Shown here: in pieces, positions 47,804-57,431 of the stretch
How the letters are laid out: each line of letters begins with the position of its first letter
How positions within the stretch are numbered: position 1 is the stretch's first letter
From: a virus
UHGV virus genome: UHGV-0214148
Strand: one strand, 5' to 3'
DNA length: 64,000 bases
Program-made: the position numbers and the translations under genes
The notes under the pieces: generated by a model
Seen by the model: only the letters and a program-made list of their open reading frames with translations
Databases searched by the model: none
Told to the model about the DNA's origin: nothing

Positions 47804-49513
47804 TTATTTACGACGTCTAAAACGTCGGGATACGCCTTTAAAACTTTTTCGAGAAAACTTGCTAAGTTCAGACCGGCATACGGCGCGGTTGGCTCTGTTG
47901 GCTGCGGCGGTAGTAACATCAGCTTTCCTTACAATATACGGTGAGGTGGCTATCTTAAACGACAACACAGAATCACTCAGTGATTTTTGACGCGCATTCA
48001 AATAATTACAATGCTTCGGTATCGAATAAGAATGGAATAACCACACAACGGGATCGAGTTCACCCCAGTCGTTGTGGAGAATCTTACGAGGGCGTCCGGC
48101 CATCTGGCGGTTTAACTGCTGGTCTTCCACAGGGGTAGTGATGTACATGTGTACCAACCCCGGTTTGTCGACCGCAGTACCTGCTTTCCCTGGTGTTGAA
48201 ATAGAGAAATCCGCTTGAATAAAGTCGTCATACGAATCCCCTGCGTTATATTTCGCAACCATCAAAGCGTGGAACTTATCAGATTGTGCGAGCTTCTCTC
48301 GCACGTAATCCGTAAAGAACTCACACATTGCGACGGTTGCAAACAACACCAACACTTTCTGACCAGGTTGATAACCTGCCAGATACGTCCGTTCTATTAC
48401 ATCCCAGACCATATCCGCGTACGACTGATGAAGGTTTTCGCTAATCAGCTTCCCTTCAAACAGTTTGTGGTTATACGGGGTCATCTTCGTTGCCCACCAC
48501 GCAAACCGTTTATTCTCAATTCGGTAATACAACGCTTTCACGTGCACCGCAGGAATAATCGGAATGGTGATACGTGCCTCTTGTGGGAAACGTTCTTTAT
48601 ACCGTTCTGCCAAGAACGCTTTCGATTCACCCGGTTGGAGTGTGGCTGACATCTCAACAGAGGGCGGCGGATTCAACATAATTCCAGCCATGTACACCAA
48701 GTGGAAATGTTCGTGCACTTCATCCATCGATAAAAACCCAACACCTAGCGTGTTATAGAAATCATCGATGTTCGCTGGGTTAGTCGCAGCGGTATTGATA
48801 TATTCTTTCAAAAACCGCTGTAACGTCACTGTAGAGACGATAATAACTTTGATGCCACGTTTATCCAACTCACCACTTTCACCCATTTCTAGCGCTTCGT
48901 AGACCGCTTGTACGCCCTGTATAACCAAGACGTCCTCTTTCGATTCACGAAGTCCAGTAGGATCTTCCGTTAAGTCGAATAACCATTTAGAGATGTACGT
49001 GGGTCGATGAATCAATAACGTTCTTACCCCTTTACGAACCATCACTTTCATGTTCGTCTTCGACTTACCCATCCCTGTACCAATCTCAAAGATGGTTTGT
49101 AAGCGGTTAGGCTGGCACGCCGTTTCTACAACGCCATTCTGATAAAAGAAACGTGACGACTCATCTTCTTCTATCATGTTAAAGCCGTAGTTTTCAAACG
49201 TACAGCGGTAAGGTGTTCCCTGGGTTAAGTGGTGCTCGTAGAGTTTAAAGTCAATAGCAAACTCAGCGGCCGTTCGGTTAATAATGATTCGTAAACGTTC
49301 GGAAAAATTCCGGTGGAATATAAAGGTACGGATAGAAGGTATATGCGCGTAATACGGATCGCCACGTTCGGTGATGATTCTTCCGTATTGTTTACCCATT
49401 TTCGGGGCGTGCATATTCTCTTCTGCCCACTTTAGGATTGCCGACTCTATAGGTCGACAAGGGACTTCGACCCTCACGCCCATGCTCGTAAAGGTCATGT
49501 GGAATTCGTACAT
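47804..49513 (-). CDS. SF2 DExH-box helicase
   Basis: ORF track; Walker A GTGMGKSKT, Walker B DEVHE, motif III SAT, motif VI QMAGRPRK. Confidence 0.8.
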   Translation of the reverse strand: MYEFHMTFTSMGVRVEVPCRPIESAILKWAEENMHAPKMGKQYGRIITERGDPYYAHIPSIRTFIFHRNFSERLRIIINRTAAEFAIDFKLYEHHLTQGTPYRCTFENYGFNMIEEDESSRFFYQNGVVETACQPNRLQTIFEIGTGMGKSKTNMKVMVRKGVRTLLIHRPTYISKWLFDLTEDPTGLRESKEDVLVIQGVQAVYEALEMGESGELDKRGIKVIIVSTVTLQRFLKEYINTAATNPANIDDFYNTLGVGFLSMDEVHEHFHLVYMAGIMLNPPPSVEMSATLQPGESKAFLAERYKERFPQEARITIPIIPAVHVKALYYRIENKRFAWWATKMTPYNHKLFEGKLISENLHQSYADMVWDVIERTYLAGYQPGQKVLVLFATVAMCEFFTDYVREKLAQSDKFHALMVAKYNAGDSYDDFIQADFSISTPGKAGTAVDKPGLVHMYITTPVEDQQLNRQMAGRPRKILHNDWGELDPVVWLFHSYSIPKHCNYLNARQKSLSDSVLSFKIATSPYIVRKADVTTAAANRANRAVCRSELSKFSRKSFKGVSRRFRRRK

Positions 49514-49523
49514 GCTCCCCTCT

Positions 49524-49551
49524 TACAAAAAAAGAGGGGCGCAGGCCCCTC
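49524..49551 (-). terminator. intrinsic terminator between beta-prime-like gene and helicase gene
   Basis: Stem gaggggc (49534-49540) / gcccctc (49545-49551); on minus strand followed by TTTTTTTGT. Confidence 0.6.
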
Positions 49552-49555
49552 TCGT

Positions 49556-51655
49556 TTACTCAATGATAGTCGCGGCCACCGTATTGTCGTATAACGACGC
49601 CGGACGTTTACGCGACGTGTAGAAACGCACGTTGTCCAGGTTTTTCTGTTGGCCTTCGAATAACAACATCGGTACAGCTGAACGCATCGCAATCAACGTA
49701 TTGTGATCCTCGAAACGTTTGCCATCCATCACATCAGCATCTTCACTATCAAACCCAACCGCCGGGAAAGGATTGGTCGGTGATTCAACGCGTGATATCG
49801 CCAGCATAATCGCGATGTGTGTCATCGGAATACCACCGAGCTTACGTTGGATATATTTAAACACATCAAATAACGCGTGCGTACATTGCTTTTCTGTAGC
49901 ACCGCGCATCTGAACCAGTGTCGTTGGTTTTACCTTACCCGACTTCTTGCTCAAGCGCATTGAGTCATCAGAGAACTGTTCGAAAGTATCCGATTTATCA
50001 GATGCAACCGAACGAAGTTTCAATTCTAACCCTGCTACAAACTCCGCCATAGATTCAGACCGATTCGTATAAATTAGTATCGGCCAACTCGGCTTCCAAC
50101 CTTTCAGAGGAATCCGTACCAGTTTCTTCGACGGAAACGTAATGTTATCACGCTGCTTCAGGAAGAAATGCAAGAAGGCTTTCGAGAAGTTACCACAAAC
50201 CCCCATACGGACGTCAATGGGATCTTCAGCCAACACATTCCCAGCTTCATCCAACCGCAAAAAGGTCAGTTCGTTAATCTCCGGCAATGCCGTTTCGTCA
50301 ATCACTTCCAAATCGTCGTGATACGCGATTTGGCTGATTTCAGAATAGACTTCATCAGAAATAACGAGTTGGTATTCATCCCAATTACCGTACTGTGGTT
50401 TCTCCCGTAAACTCAACCCTTTTACGGAGTTGTGTTTATACTCCCCAAGATAATCCCGCATTCTTGGGGTCAGCACCAGATTCAGCAGATAACGTAAGAA
50501 GTCCAAGTGCTTCGTTGAGAGAATCCCCTGCGTACCCTTTACAGATATCGAGGTTGAGGCCAAGTGACCTGGGGATGTTCCCGGCGAAAGGTTATAAATC
50601 AAATCACCCATGCATGTTGCACAAATGCTTTGACGTGCCATCCCCTTACAACACATCGCGGTACGAAACTCAATAGGTTTGCCTAAGACTTTCTCAAACT
50701 CCCCTTTCTCGAATCGTAGCCACGGGCCACCCACACCTTCAAAACGATAACGCATCCCTACCATCGCATCGTACTTCTTACGCTCCAGTTTACTTTCTGT
50801 AAACGTGTGGCGATGAACATGATGCGTACCACAATCGTCGTATTCGAAATACATTAACACGTTGGCTGCTAACTGTAGCTTACGTGACGCATATTCCGCA
50901 TCGGCGATTTTATCGGTATTATACAGGTGAGAACGTGACGTTGCTCCCGCTTCTTTCAGACGACTAATTACAGAATGTAGACCCGTAAAGAAACCTTCCC
51001 ATACCTGGTTAGAATAAACACGAGAATCAATCTCTGATGTTTTCCCGCGTATATACGCCTGAAGAACCTGGTTCATTTTGATGGTCTTATCCAAGACCGA
51101 CATCACCACAGGGTTTAAACGAAGTTGTGGGTCTTTGAAGATATCTTCGATAAGAAGATACGCTTCCTCAACCATATCCCGACCTTCTTCGTCGTACCCA
51201 GTAGGATACATTTGTGCCCACTGATGAATCTGCGTAAAGTTTCGGTGTTGGTAAATTTCCATCATCGTATCGTAGTCAATCGTGACGCAATACGATAACA
51301 AATTTTTCACCGATAAATTAAACGCATCCGCATAAACGTGCTGCTGTAATAAATAACGGGTGTCTGCTAAATCCACACCCGCTTTACGAGCCGCTACAGC
51401 TGCCAATGACATAAACTTCAGATGTGCGTCGTCTGTAGCAGTATCGCCATGTTTATACGCCATTTGCGAACTGATTGGGATCTGCGGATAAAATCGTGTT
51501 AGCCCCCAATAAGGCCAACTGATTTTAATGTGACGTCCTGACATGTTTAAGGTTACCCCGTCATCAAACGTCACTTCATATCTGCCGCGCAATAGCCACA
51601 CCTGATCCGAGTTCAGTTTACACAGATCACGCACGTGAACTGGAGTGCCCTTCAT
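49556..51655 (-). CDS. possible RNA polymerase beta-prime-like subunit (bridge-helix region)
   Basis: ORF track; coupled to beta gene (TAATG). Segment KGTQGILSTKHLDFLRYLLNLV resembles the beta-prime bridge helix (G.RKGLADTALKTA.SGYLTRRLV). No NADFDGD motif present. Confidence 0.4.
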   Translation of the reverse strand: MKGTPVHVRDLCKLNSDQVWLLRGRYEVTFDDGVTLNMSGRHIKISWPYWGLTRFYPQIPISSQMAYKHGDTATDDAHLKFMSLAAVAARKAGVDLADTRYLLQQHVYADAFNLSVKNLLSYCVTIDYDTMMEIYQHRNFTQIHQWAQMYPTGYDEEGRDMVEEAYLLIEDIFKDPQLRLNPVVMSVLDKTIKMNQVLQAYIRGKTSEIDSRVYSNQVWEGFFTGLHSVISRLKEAGATSRSHLYNTDKIADAEYASRKLQLAANVLMYFEYDDCGTHHVHRHTFTESKLERKKYDAMVGMRYRFEGVGGPWLRFEKGEFEKVLGKPIEFRTAMCCKGMARQSICATCMGDLIYNLSPGTSPGHLASTSISVKGTQGILSTKHLDFLRYLLNLVLTPRMRDYLGEYKHNSVKGLSLREKPQYGNWDEYQLVISDEVYSEISQIAYHDDLEVIDETALPEINELTFLRLDEAGNVLAEDPIDVRMGVCGNFSKAFLHFFLKQRDNITFPSKKLVRIPLKGWKPSWPILIYTNRSESMAEFVAGLELKLRSVASDKSDTFEQFSDDSMRLSKKSGKVKPTTLVQMRGATEKQCTHALFDVFKYIQRKLGGIPMTHIAIMLAISRVESPTNPFPAVGFDSEDADVMDGKRFEDHNTLIAMRSAVPMLLFEGQQKNLDNVRFYTSRKRPASLYDNTVAATIIE

Positions 51656-53892
51656 TATTCATCGCCCCTTTTCATTTTCACCAATTCAAACCCTTCACAG
51701 TTGTGGATGTTTTTCATCATCCTGTCAATCTGCGAATCCCCTAACGGGAATTTATTCCGGTCTACTAATGGACCCGGATTAGATGGGGTTTGAGATCGAT
51801 AAAGCCCTACTAAAATCTCACGATGTACCGCAGGGTTATTTGCCCTGTCGTGAACTTCTTCGTAGTTACCTGGACCATAACCCGCTAACAGTCGTTCTTC
51901 CGAAGGACCAGCCCATTTTAGCGTTTTATAGTTTATCGGATACGAGCCACGACCTTGGTTAGACGCGTCTATCGTACCCAGATAATTCAGATACATTGAC
52001 GAGATACTGGAAAACTCACGACCTGTTTTATCCAGACGTAATGTCTCCACACCACCTACGTAAAACTCATTTTTTGTCCATTCCTGTTTACCATCGAAAT
52101 TAGTAATCAGGAGTTTGGATTTACGCGGTTTAAATTCACCCAACCGTTCACTAATATCGACTGGTGTGTCGTCAAGTTCATGTGGTAAGTAAATACGGAT
52201 TGTAAAATCGTAAATCTCTTTGAAAAGTTCGCGTTGTAAATCCTCCGTAGGATGTGTTACCTGTAGTGTGTTGGCCCATTCAGGATTAAAGCGTGACAGA
52301 TAATCCATCAGAATTTCCCAACACTCACTGATACGACCTTCGTCCAGCATCGGTTTAAGACGCATCTTCAACTGCTCAGACGCAGCTGACCAATACATGT
52401 GGAATAATGCTGCATAAGTCGAGCGACGAATTACAGCGTTCATCGAACGTAAAACGTGAACACGTTCACCGAATTCGTTAATCGGCATCTGTTCAACGGG
52501 TAATACACGACCAACAATCCCTTTCGTGCCCGAGCGGTCGGTAATCTTAGACGACACCGTTACCGGGATCGGATAACGAACAGCAATACGAATGGTATAC
52601 GTGTTGATGGGATCGCTGAGTCCACGTTGTACTGGTGAGGTCAACTTAGAAAGAATCTGCTGACTGACATTTTCTTTACCGTATTCACCACGACGAATTG
52701 CTTCATCAATCACCACGCGTATCTCTTCACGAAACTCGTGATAGACCTCGTACGTTTCAGAAGCGAACGCTTTTTCCAACAACACACACGCTTTCGGCGA
52801 CCAGATAATATTTTTGTCACGGGACATCGAGAAATAGAATCGTACGATGGCATTGTAATAGTCTTTCAATGCTAATGCGTATTTATCCAGTTCTCGTTTG
52901 TTCTCTTCGGTACAAGAAATATTGTTAGCACCATTCGCGCAAGACGTTTCATCACGCCACACCTGGATATCGACGATACGTGTACCGCTACGTTCCATCA
53001 GTTCTTTGTCGCCTGCAAGGCGTGCTTTATAGTGAACGGGATCGGCATCCACATATTCGCAGCTATCGAAGAACGGAGAGACGTGTTGGGTTTCCCCAAG
53101 CGACGCATCAATTGCACCGTAAAGCTCATCGAAACGACGCGATGCAATGACCAACCCATCGTCACGAATAGCCTCCCCCACATCCGGGAAATACCGTGGG
53201 ACGCGATTACCGTTCGGATCGATATAACCGTAAGTATCCAGTAAAAACTCGTCTTCACGTAGCGTCTTTTCAACGATTTTCAAACCATAACCGTGGAGTT
53301 TTTGGGCGGCGTACTCAGAGATGGTGTAGGAATCCTCGATGATATCAGGATGCGAAATCGTAACGGTTGGTAACACGACGCTATCGGCGTACTCGCCTTC
53401 CACCATACACGACATCGTTGTAAGGATTTCATCCTTTTCCAACTGATCGGTTTCGCCACGTAAAATACTACGCAGTTTCATCGACTCACGTTTCTCAGAT
53501 GAGAAGATGTTGTCGTGGTTAGTATAGAAATTAATCTCCAGCACATCTATCATGGTTTTACCGCCCTTCATTTCTGCACGGCGGAAGAAGATAGCATGTT
53601 CCAACGCTTTAGAATCCCCACGACGTCCATAACGTGTAAACGTCGCGCGGCGCTGACGACCGTCTTTGGTCATATAGTGGCAGATGCTACCGGGATCTTC
53701 TACAACGTCATTGAACAGAAAATCGTGGTAGTTTATATCAGCCCCTGTAAAATGTGGCGATGGTTCAGGATTGTCGATAGGGACCGCAGACTTCATATGG
53801 TTGCCTACCATCGATGCCCTTGCACCTGATACTTCGGTGATATTAATCTCACGGTCAGCCACACTGCTCATTAGCTCTACTGGCGTTTTCAT
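51655..53892 (-). CDS. multisubunit RNA polymerase beta subunit, C-terminal half
   Basis: ORF track; GEYADSVVLP matches beta NGYNFEDS; RSGTKGIVGRVLPVEQMP...LRSMNAVI matches beta GNKGVISKINPIEDMP...SRMNIGQ. AAAGGAG Shine-Dalgarno; promoter-like motif ~22 nt upstream. Confidence 0.8.
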   Translation of the reverse strand: MKTPVELMSSVADREINITEVSGARASMVGNHMKSAVPIDNPEPSPHFTGADINYHDFLFNDVVEDPGSICHYMTKDGRQRRATFTRYGRRGDSKALEHAIFFRRAEMKGGKTMIDVLEINFYTNHDNIFSSEKRESMKLRSILRGETDQLEKDEILTTMSCMVEGEYADSVVLPTVTISHPDIIEDSYTISEYAAQKLHGYGLKIVEKTLREDEFLLDTYGYIDPNGNRVPRYFPDVGEAIRDDGLVIASRRFDELYGAIDASLGETQHVSPFFDSCEYVDADPVHYKARLAGDKELMERSGTRIVDIQVWRDETSCANGANNISCTEENKRELDKYALALKDYYNAIVRFYFSMSRDKNIIWSPKACVLLEKAFASETYEVYHEFREEIRVVIDEAIRRGEYGKENVSQQILSKLTSPVQRGLSDPINTYTIRIAVRYPIPVTVSSKITDRSGTKGIVGRVLPVEQMPINEFGERVHVLRSMNAVIRRSTYAALFHMYWSAASEQLKMRLKPMLDEGRISECWEILMDYLSRFNPEWANTLQVTHPTEDLQRELFKEIYDFTIRIYLPHELDDTPVDISERLGEFKPRKSKLLITNFDGKQEWTKNEFYVGGVETLRLDKTGREFSSISSMYLNYLGTIDASNQGRGSYPINYKTLKWAGPSEERLLAGYGPGNYEEVHDRANNPAVHREILVGLYRSQTPSNPGPLVDRNKFPLGDSQIDRMMKNIHNCEGFELVKMKRGDE

Positions 53893-53913
53893 TTTAATGC
53901 TCCTTTAGGTTGA

Positions 53914-53937
53914 TTCAGTAGGATAATATCTATCTCA
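53914..53937 (-). promoter_or_regulatory. promoter-like conserved motif, copy 3
   Basis: Minus-sense TGAGATAGATATTATCCTACTGAA, ~22 nt upstream of beta gene ATG 53892; sits in the divergent region with plus gene 53956. Confidence 0.5.
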
Positions 53938-53955
53938 CTTATTTTAGGAACGATT

Positions 53956-54279
53956 ATGTTAGACAATTTTATTACCCTAGAAGAATTCATACCTGCGCCT
54001 TACACCACGACATGGAAAGTGATGCACGATTACACAGACTATCTGCGTAAACACCCGAAAACTAAAATAGAAAATGTTGACCCACGCTACAGTTGGCCTG
54101 AGGTCCACAATTTCTACGCCTACTGTAAACTCAAAGGTTACGCCGATATCATTATCTATCCGATGATGCTATTAAACGGGCTAGAAGACCCCATGAATTT
54201 CACCCCTGAAATCACGCAACTAATCGTACCCGACGTCGGAACGGTTAGTGAGATTATTAGCACCATCGGTAATGATTAA
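53956..54279 (+). CDS. hypothetical protein (107 aa)
   Basis: ORF track; AGGAA Shine-Dalgarno upstream; bidirectional terminator downstream. Confidence 0.65.
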   Translation: MLDNFITLEEFIPAPYTTTWKVMHDYTDYLRKHPKTKIENVDPRYSWPEVHNFYAYCKLKGYADIIIYPMMLLNGLEDPMNFTPEITQLIVPDVGTVSEIISTIGND

Positions 54280-54310
54280 AAAAAGAAGGGACCGAGTCCC
54301 TTCTTTTATA
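54277..54310. terminator. bidirectional intrinsic terminator
   Basis: A-run, stem aagaagggac (54283-54292) / gtcccttctt (54296-54305), 3-nt loop, T-rich tail. Confidence 0.75.
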
Positions 54311-54316
54311 CTTCAC

Positions 54317-55672
54317 TTAACGCGTAAATGCCGAAGTTGCAAATCCACCGAAACTGCTGTTCGTTGCAAATGCTGAACTCGTGCTAAACGCGCTAGTCCC
54401 ACCGACATCCCCGCTGAAAGAATTATTCCCTCCACCAAAGGTACTTGCCAAAGAGCCTCCGGTATTCCCTACACCAAAAATACTCTGACCACCGAAAGGT
54501 GACACCTTGCGCTCACCACCAAACGCATCCACAACAGAAATTCGACTTACCATACCGTTGGCAGGGCTAGTTGTTCCGTGTTGCTCAGCGTAACGTTGCA
54601 TCGCTGGCGTCAAATTCCCATAAGGACTTCGCGCGGCCATGTTACGTTCACGAGCACGGAAGAATTCCATCGGATCTGACTTATCCGCTTTATCCGCATC
54701 CGATGCACGTTTTTGTGGAATCTGCTGCGGAGCCTGCGCACGATCGATACGGAAATCATGCGCCGTGGTATCACGTTCAGGGCTGTCAGAACGTGGGCCG
54801 GTGTTATACGGTAAAGTCTGAATAACGTTATCGTAAATATCCATATTGTCCAGCTGAGAAATCCATTCATCTTCCAACGGACGTAAAGATGTGTGGTCGC
54901 GCAATCCCTTAACGACATTATTGTAATTCACAACGTACTGCGCCCAGCCACGTGCTAAGCAACCGAAATACGGACGCGAATCATTAGACCCCGTTACGCT
55001 CGGATACCAACCGAACACGGTGGTCAGTAAACGGTGGATAATGATTTTGTCTTGTTTACGTTGAAGCTTCGCAGAGAAGTACATTGCAGTACCATCTAAC
55101 GATTCTTCTTCGAACATATTCCGATAATTAGCTACGCGGTTAAACTTCACGCCGTCGATAACTAAATCAGATGCAATAAAAAGCTGGGTGATCTTGTGCT
55201 TTTTATCTTTTTCCAATTGTCCATAGACGAACGCTTTCACCGCTTCCCAGGATTTCACCAAACGTTCGTCGAACGTCGGATCTTTCATCCCTTCGCAAAT
55301 CTGTTCTGTTAAGAACTTCTTGTAGGATGCAGAACGTACTGCTTTACCACTTGCCCCCGTTTCCAGAATCGCGTCGATTAATGCAAAGGAACGAATGAAC
55401 AGGTTCGCATTAATGGATTTCTTCAGGAAACGAATTGTCCCTGATTCACCTGCCAGTACCGATTCACACAGTGGATGAAATGCCTGACATTCACGACCAT
55501 CATCGTCTTCCATACCACGCTTAATCATCGCTGGGGTGGGAAGCGCCAAACGGCGCTTCACTTTGTTATACGTAAACTCTGCCGGTTCACCACCGTCACG
55601 AGTGAGTAAATCGTTTTCAAAATCGAATCCTTGTGATTTAAGAAACGATTTGTAGAATTCAATAATTTTCAT
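54317..55672 (-). CDS. hypothetical protein (451 aa) with Gly/Ser/Phe-rich C-terminal tail
   Basis: ORF track; AAGGA Shine-Dalgarno; C-terminal ~60 aa FGGQSIFGVGNTGGSLASTFGGGNNSFSG...FGGFATSAF. Confidence 0.8.
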   Translation of the reverse strand: MKIIEFYKSFLKSQGFDFENDLLTRDGGEPAEFTYNKVKRRLALPTPAMIKRGMEDDDGRECQAFHPLCESVLAGESGTIRFLKKSINANLFIRSFALIDAILETGASGKAVRSASYKKFLTEQICEGMKDPTFDERLVKSWEAVKAFVYGQLEKDKKHKITQLFIASDLVIDGVKFNRVANYRNMFEEESLDGTAMYFSAKLQRKQDKIIIHRLLTTVFGWYPSVTGSNDSRPYFGCLARGWAQYVVNYNNVVKGLRDHTSLRPLEDEWISQLDNMDIYDNVIQTLPYNTGPRSDSPERDTTAHDFRIDRAQAPQQIPQKRASDADKADKSDPMEFFRARERNMAARSPYGNLTPAMQRYAEQHGTTSPANGMVSRISVVDAFGGERKVSPFGGQSIFGVGNTGGSLASTFGGGNNSFSGDVGGTSAFSTSSAFATNSSFGGFATSAFTR

Positions 55673-55694
55673 TTAAGAGTCCTTGATTAATCTT

Positions 55695-57401
55695 TTACTC
55701 GCCGAATGCACCAAAGCCAGACACTGGCGCAGAGGTTGACATATCGCCACCACCAAAGCTACCGAAGCTACCCAGGCTCGTAGGTGCAGACACAGGGGCA
55801 GTTGGGATATTCGACAGGATATTCGAACGGTTCTGACCACGGTTGAATTCTTGGTACCCTTCTTCCACTTTGTTCATCAGCTGCGCTGTTTCTGCAGCTA
55901 ACTGGTTCGTGTACTGAAGGTCAGTCGTTGTACCACAATGCAGACGTGCTTTCATGAACGACGCATGAGTATAATACTCAGGTAGCTCACCATCGATTTC
56001 GATTTCAATACGTGAAACCACCCCAACGATACACGTTACGGTCATCTTACAACGAATACGGTTGTGTTTAGTCACTTGCAAGAACACGCCTTGTAAGTCA
56101 CTTAAGAAGCGACGTGCTAACACATCCGGTAATCCGTCTTCAGTTAATGCCCCAACGTTGTGTTTTGACACTTGCAGCAGAGGAGGTGTTGCAATATCCG
56201 CCATACGGTTATCGTAGAAGAAAGTCACTTCGCCGATAAGGTTACGAGTGACCACAGGCCCCAGTAACATGGCTAAATCAAATGCCACCAACGAACCCTG
56301 AGTAGAATAGTTGTTACGTCCTACCCAATCATCGGTGCGTTCAATTTCACCAAAACCACGACGGGCTGCGACAGCCAGCGAGTGCGCAATTGCAGCATCC
56401 ACATCTTCGGGATTAATCACCGCGTTACGCAGGTCGCACAGTTTGAATGCTGCACGGTTCGCAACGTTCCAACCGCTAGTCATATCGGACGTGGCGTTGG
56501 ATATGGCGGTTCTAAAAGCCTTCACCAACTCGTAACTGTTGAAATTACGCATCACACCAATCTGGCTAAGTTCAGATTCTACCCCAAGAGAATGATCTCC
56601 TGCGAAGAAGCTGTCTACTGCGCTCAACTCCGTTTCAATCCCCATGGTGTTAATAAAGGAATTGGAGATCGCCGTCACGAAAGATTCTGGTCTGGTTAAT
56701 TGACTAGACATCAACTGTGGCGCACGCTGGCAATTAGCGGAGATAACGGTGTTGTTATCCAGCTCAATCTGCTCACCTGCTTTCACCACTTTACGCACCA
56801 TATCAGCTGCTTTCGCGGTAGAAATAACGTCAATGGTGTGCTCTACATAGCTGTCTGCGGTTAATGTCTTGGACAACACATAGTTGTCTATCAAACGGAA
56901 GGAATCCGGGTTGATACGACGTCCACCAAACGCATCGGTGATATACGTACATTGTAACCCGTATATTTCGTTGATATACAGAACCATGTCATCCGGCAGG
57001 TGATTAAACATGGATCGCTCTGCCTGGGACGTATACCCGGAAACAACATAACGTGTTTCTTGAGTCCGTGTGTCATTTAACGAGTTCGAAACAATAATCG
57101 CCACGAAGTTATACACACCAGTATCGCGAGAATTATACGCAAAATGGATTGGTTGCGATTCGTTATCACTCACGTTAATGAATGGACGTTCAATGCCAGT
57201 TGGGGTATTGTCGAAACCCACAATCTGCCCCAAGGCTTCTTGATAAGCCCGAGAACCTGTTGCTTTATCACCATGTTCTGCAACCACATCCACTAACTCA
57301 TCCAAAGCGTGCTGCGATTCAAAGAACCCAATGCGACGACGAATCTGCTCTGGGATTTCGTACACTGGATACATTTGTAGTTTCAAAAGTTTCATTGCCA
57401 T
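55695..57401 (-). CDS. hypothetical protein (568 aa) with Gly/Ser/Phe-rich C-terminal tail
   Basis: ORF track; AAAGGAG Shine-Dalgarno; C-terminus SLGSFGSFGGGDMSTSAPVSGFGAFGE. Confidence 0.8.
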   Translation of the reverse strand: MAMKLLKLQMYPVYEIPEQIRRRIGFFESQHALDELVDVVAEHGDKATGSRAYQEALGQIVGFDNTPTGIERPFINVSDNESQPIHFAYNSRDTGVYNFVAIIVSNSLNDTRTQETRYVVSGYTSQAERSMFNHLPDDMVLYINEIYGLQCTYITDAFGGRRINPDSFRLIDNYVLSKTLTADSYVEHTIDVISTAKAADMVRKVVKAGEQIELDNNTVISANCQRAPQLMSSQLTRPESFVTAISNSFINTMGIETELSAVDSFFAGDHSLGVESELSQIGVMRNFNSYELVKAFRTAISNATSDMTSGWNVANRAAFKLCDLRNAVINPEDVDAAIAHSLAVAARRGFGEIERTDDWVGRNNYSTQGSLVAFDLAMLLGPVVTRNLIGEVTFFYDNRMADIATPPLLQVSKHNVGALTEDGLPDVLARRFLSDLQGVFLQVTKHNRIRCKMTVTCIVGVVSRIEIEIDGELPEYYTHASFMKARLHCGTTTDLQYTNQLAAETAQLMNKVEEGYQEFNRGQNRSNILSNIPTAPVSAPTSLGSFGSFGGGDMSTSAPVSGFGAFGE

Positions 57402-57431
57402 TGTAAATGCTCCTTTAGGTCAAGCCGAAAA

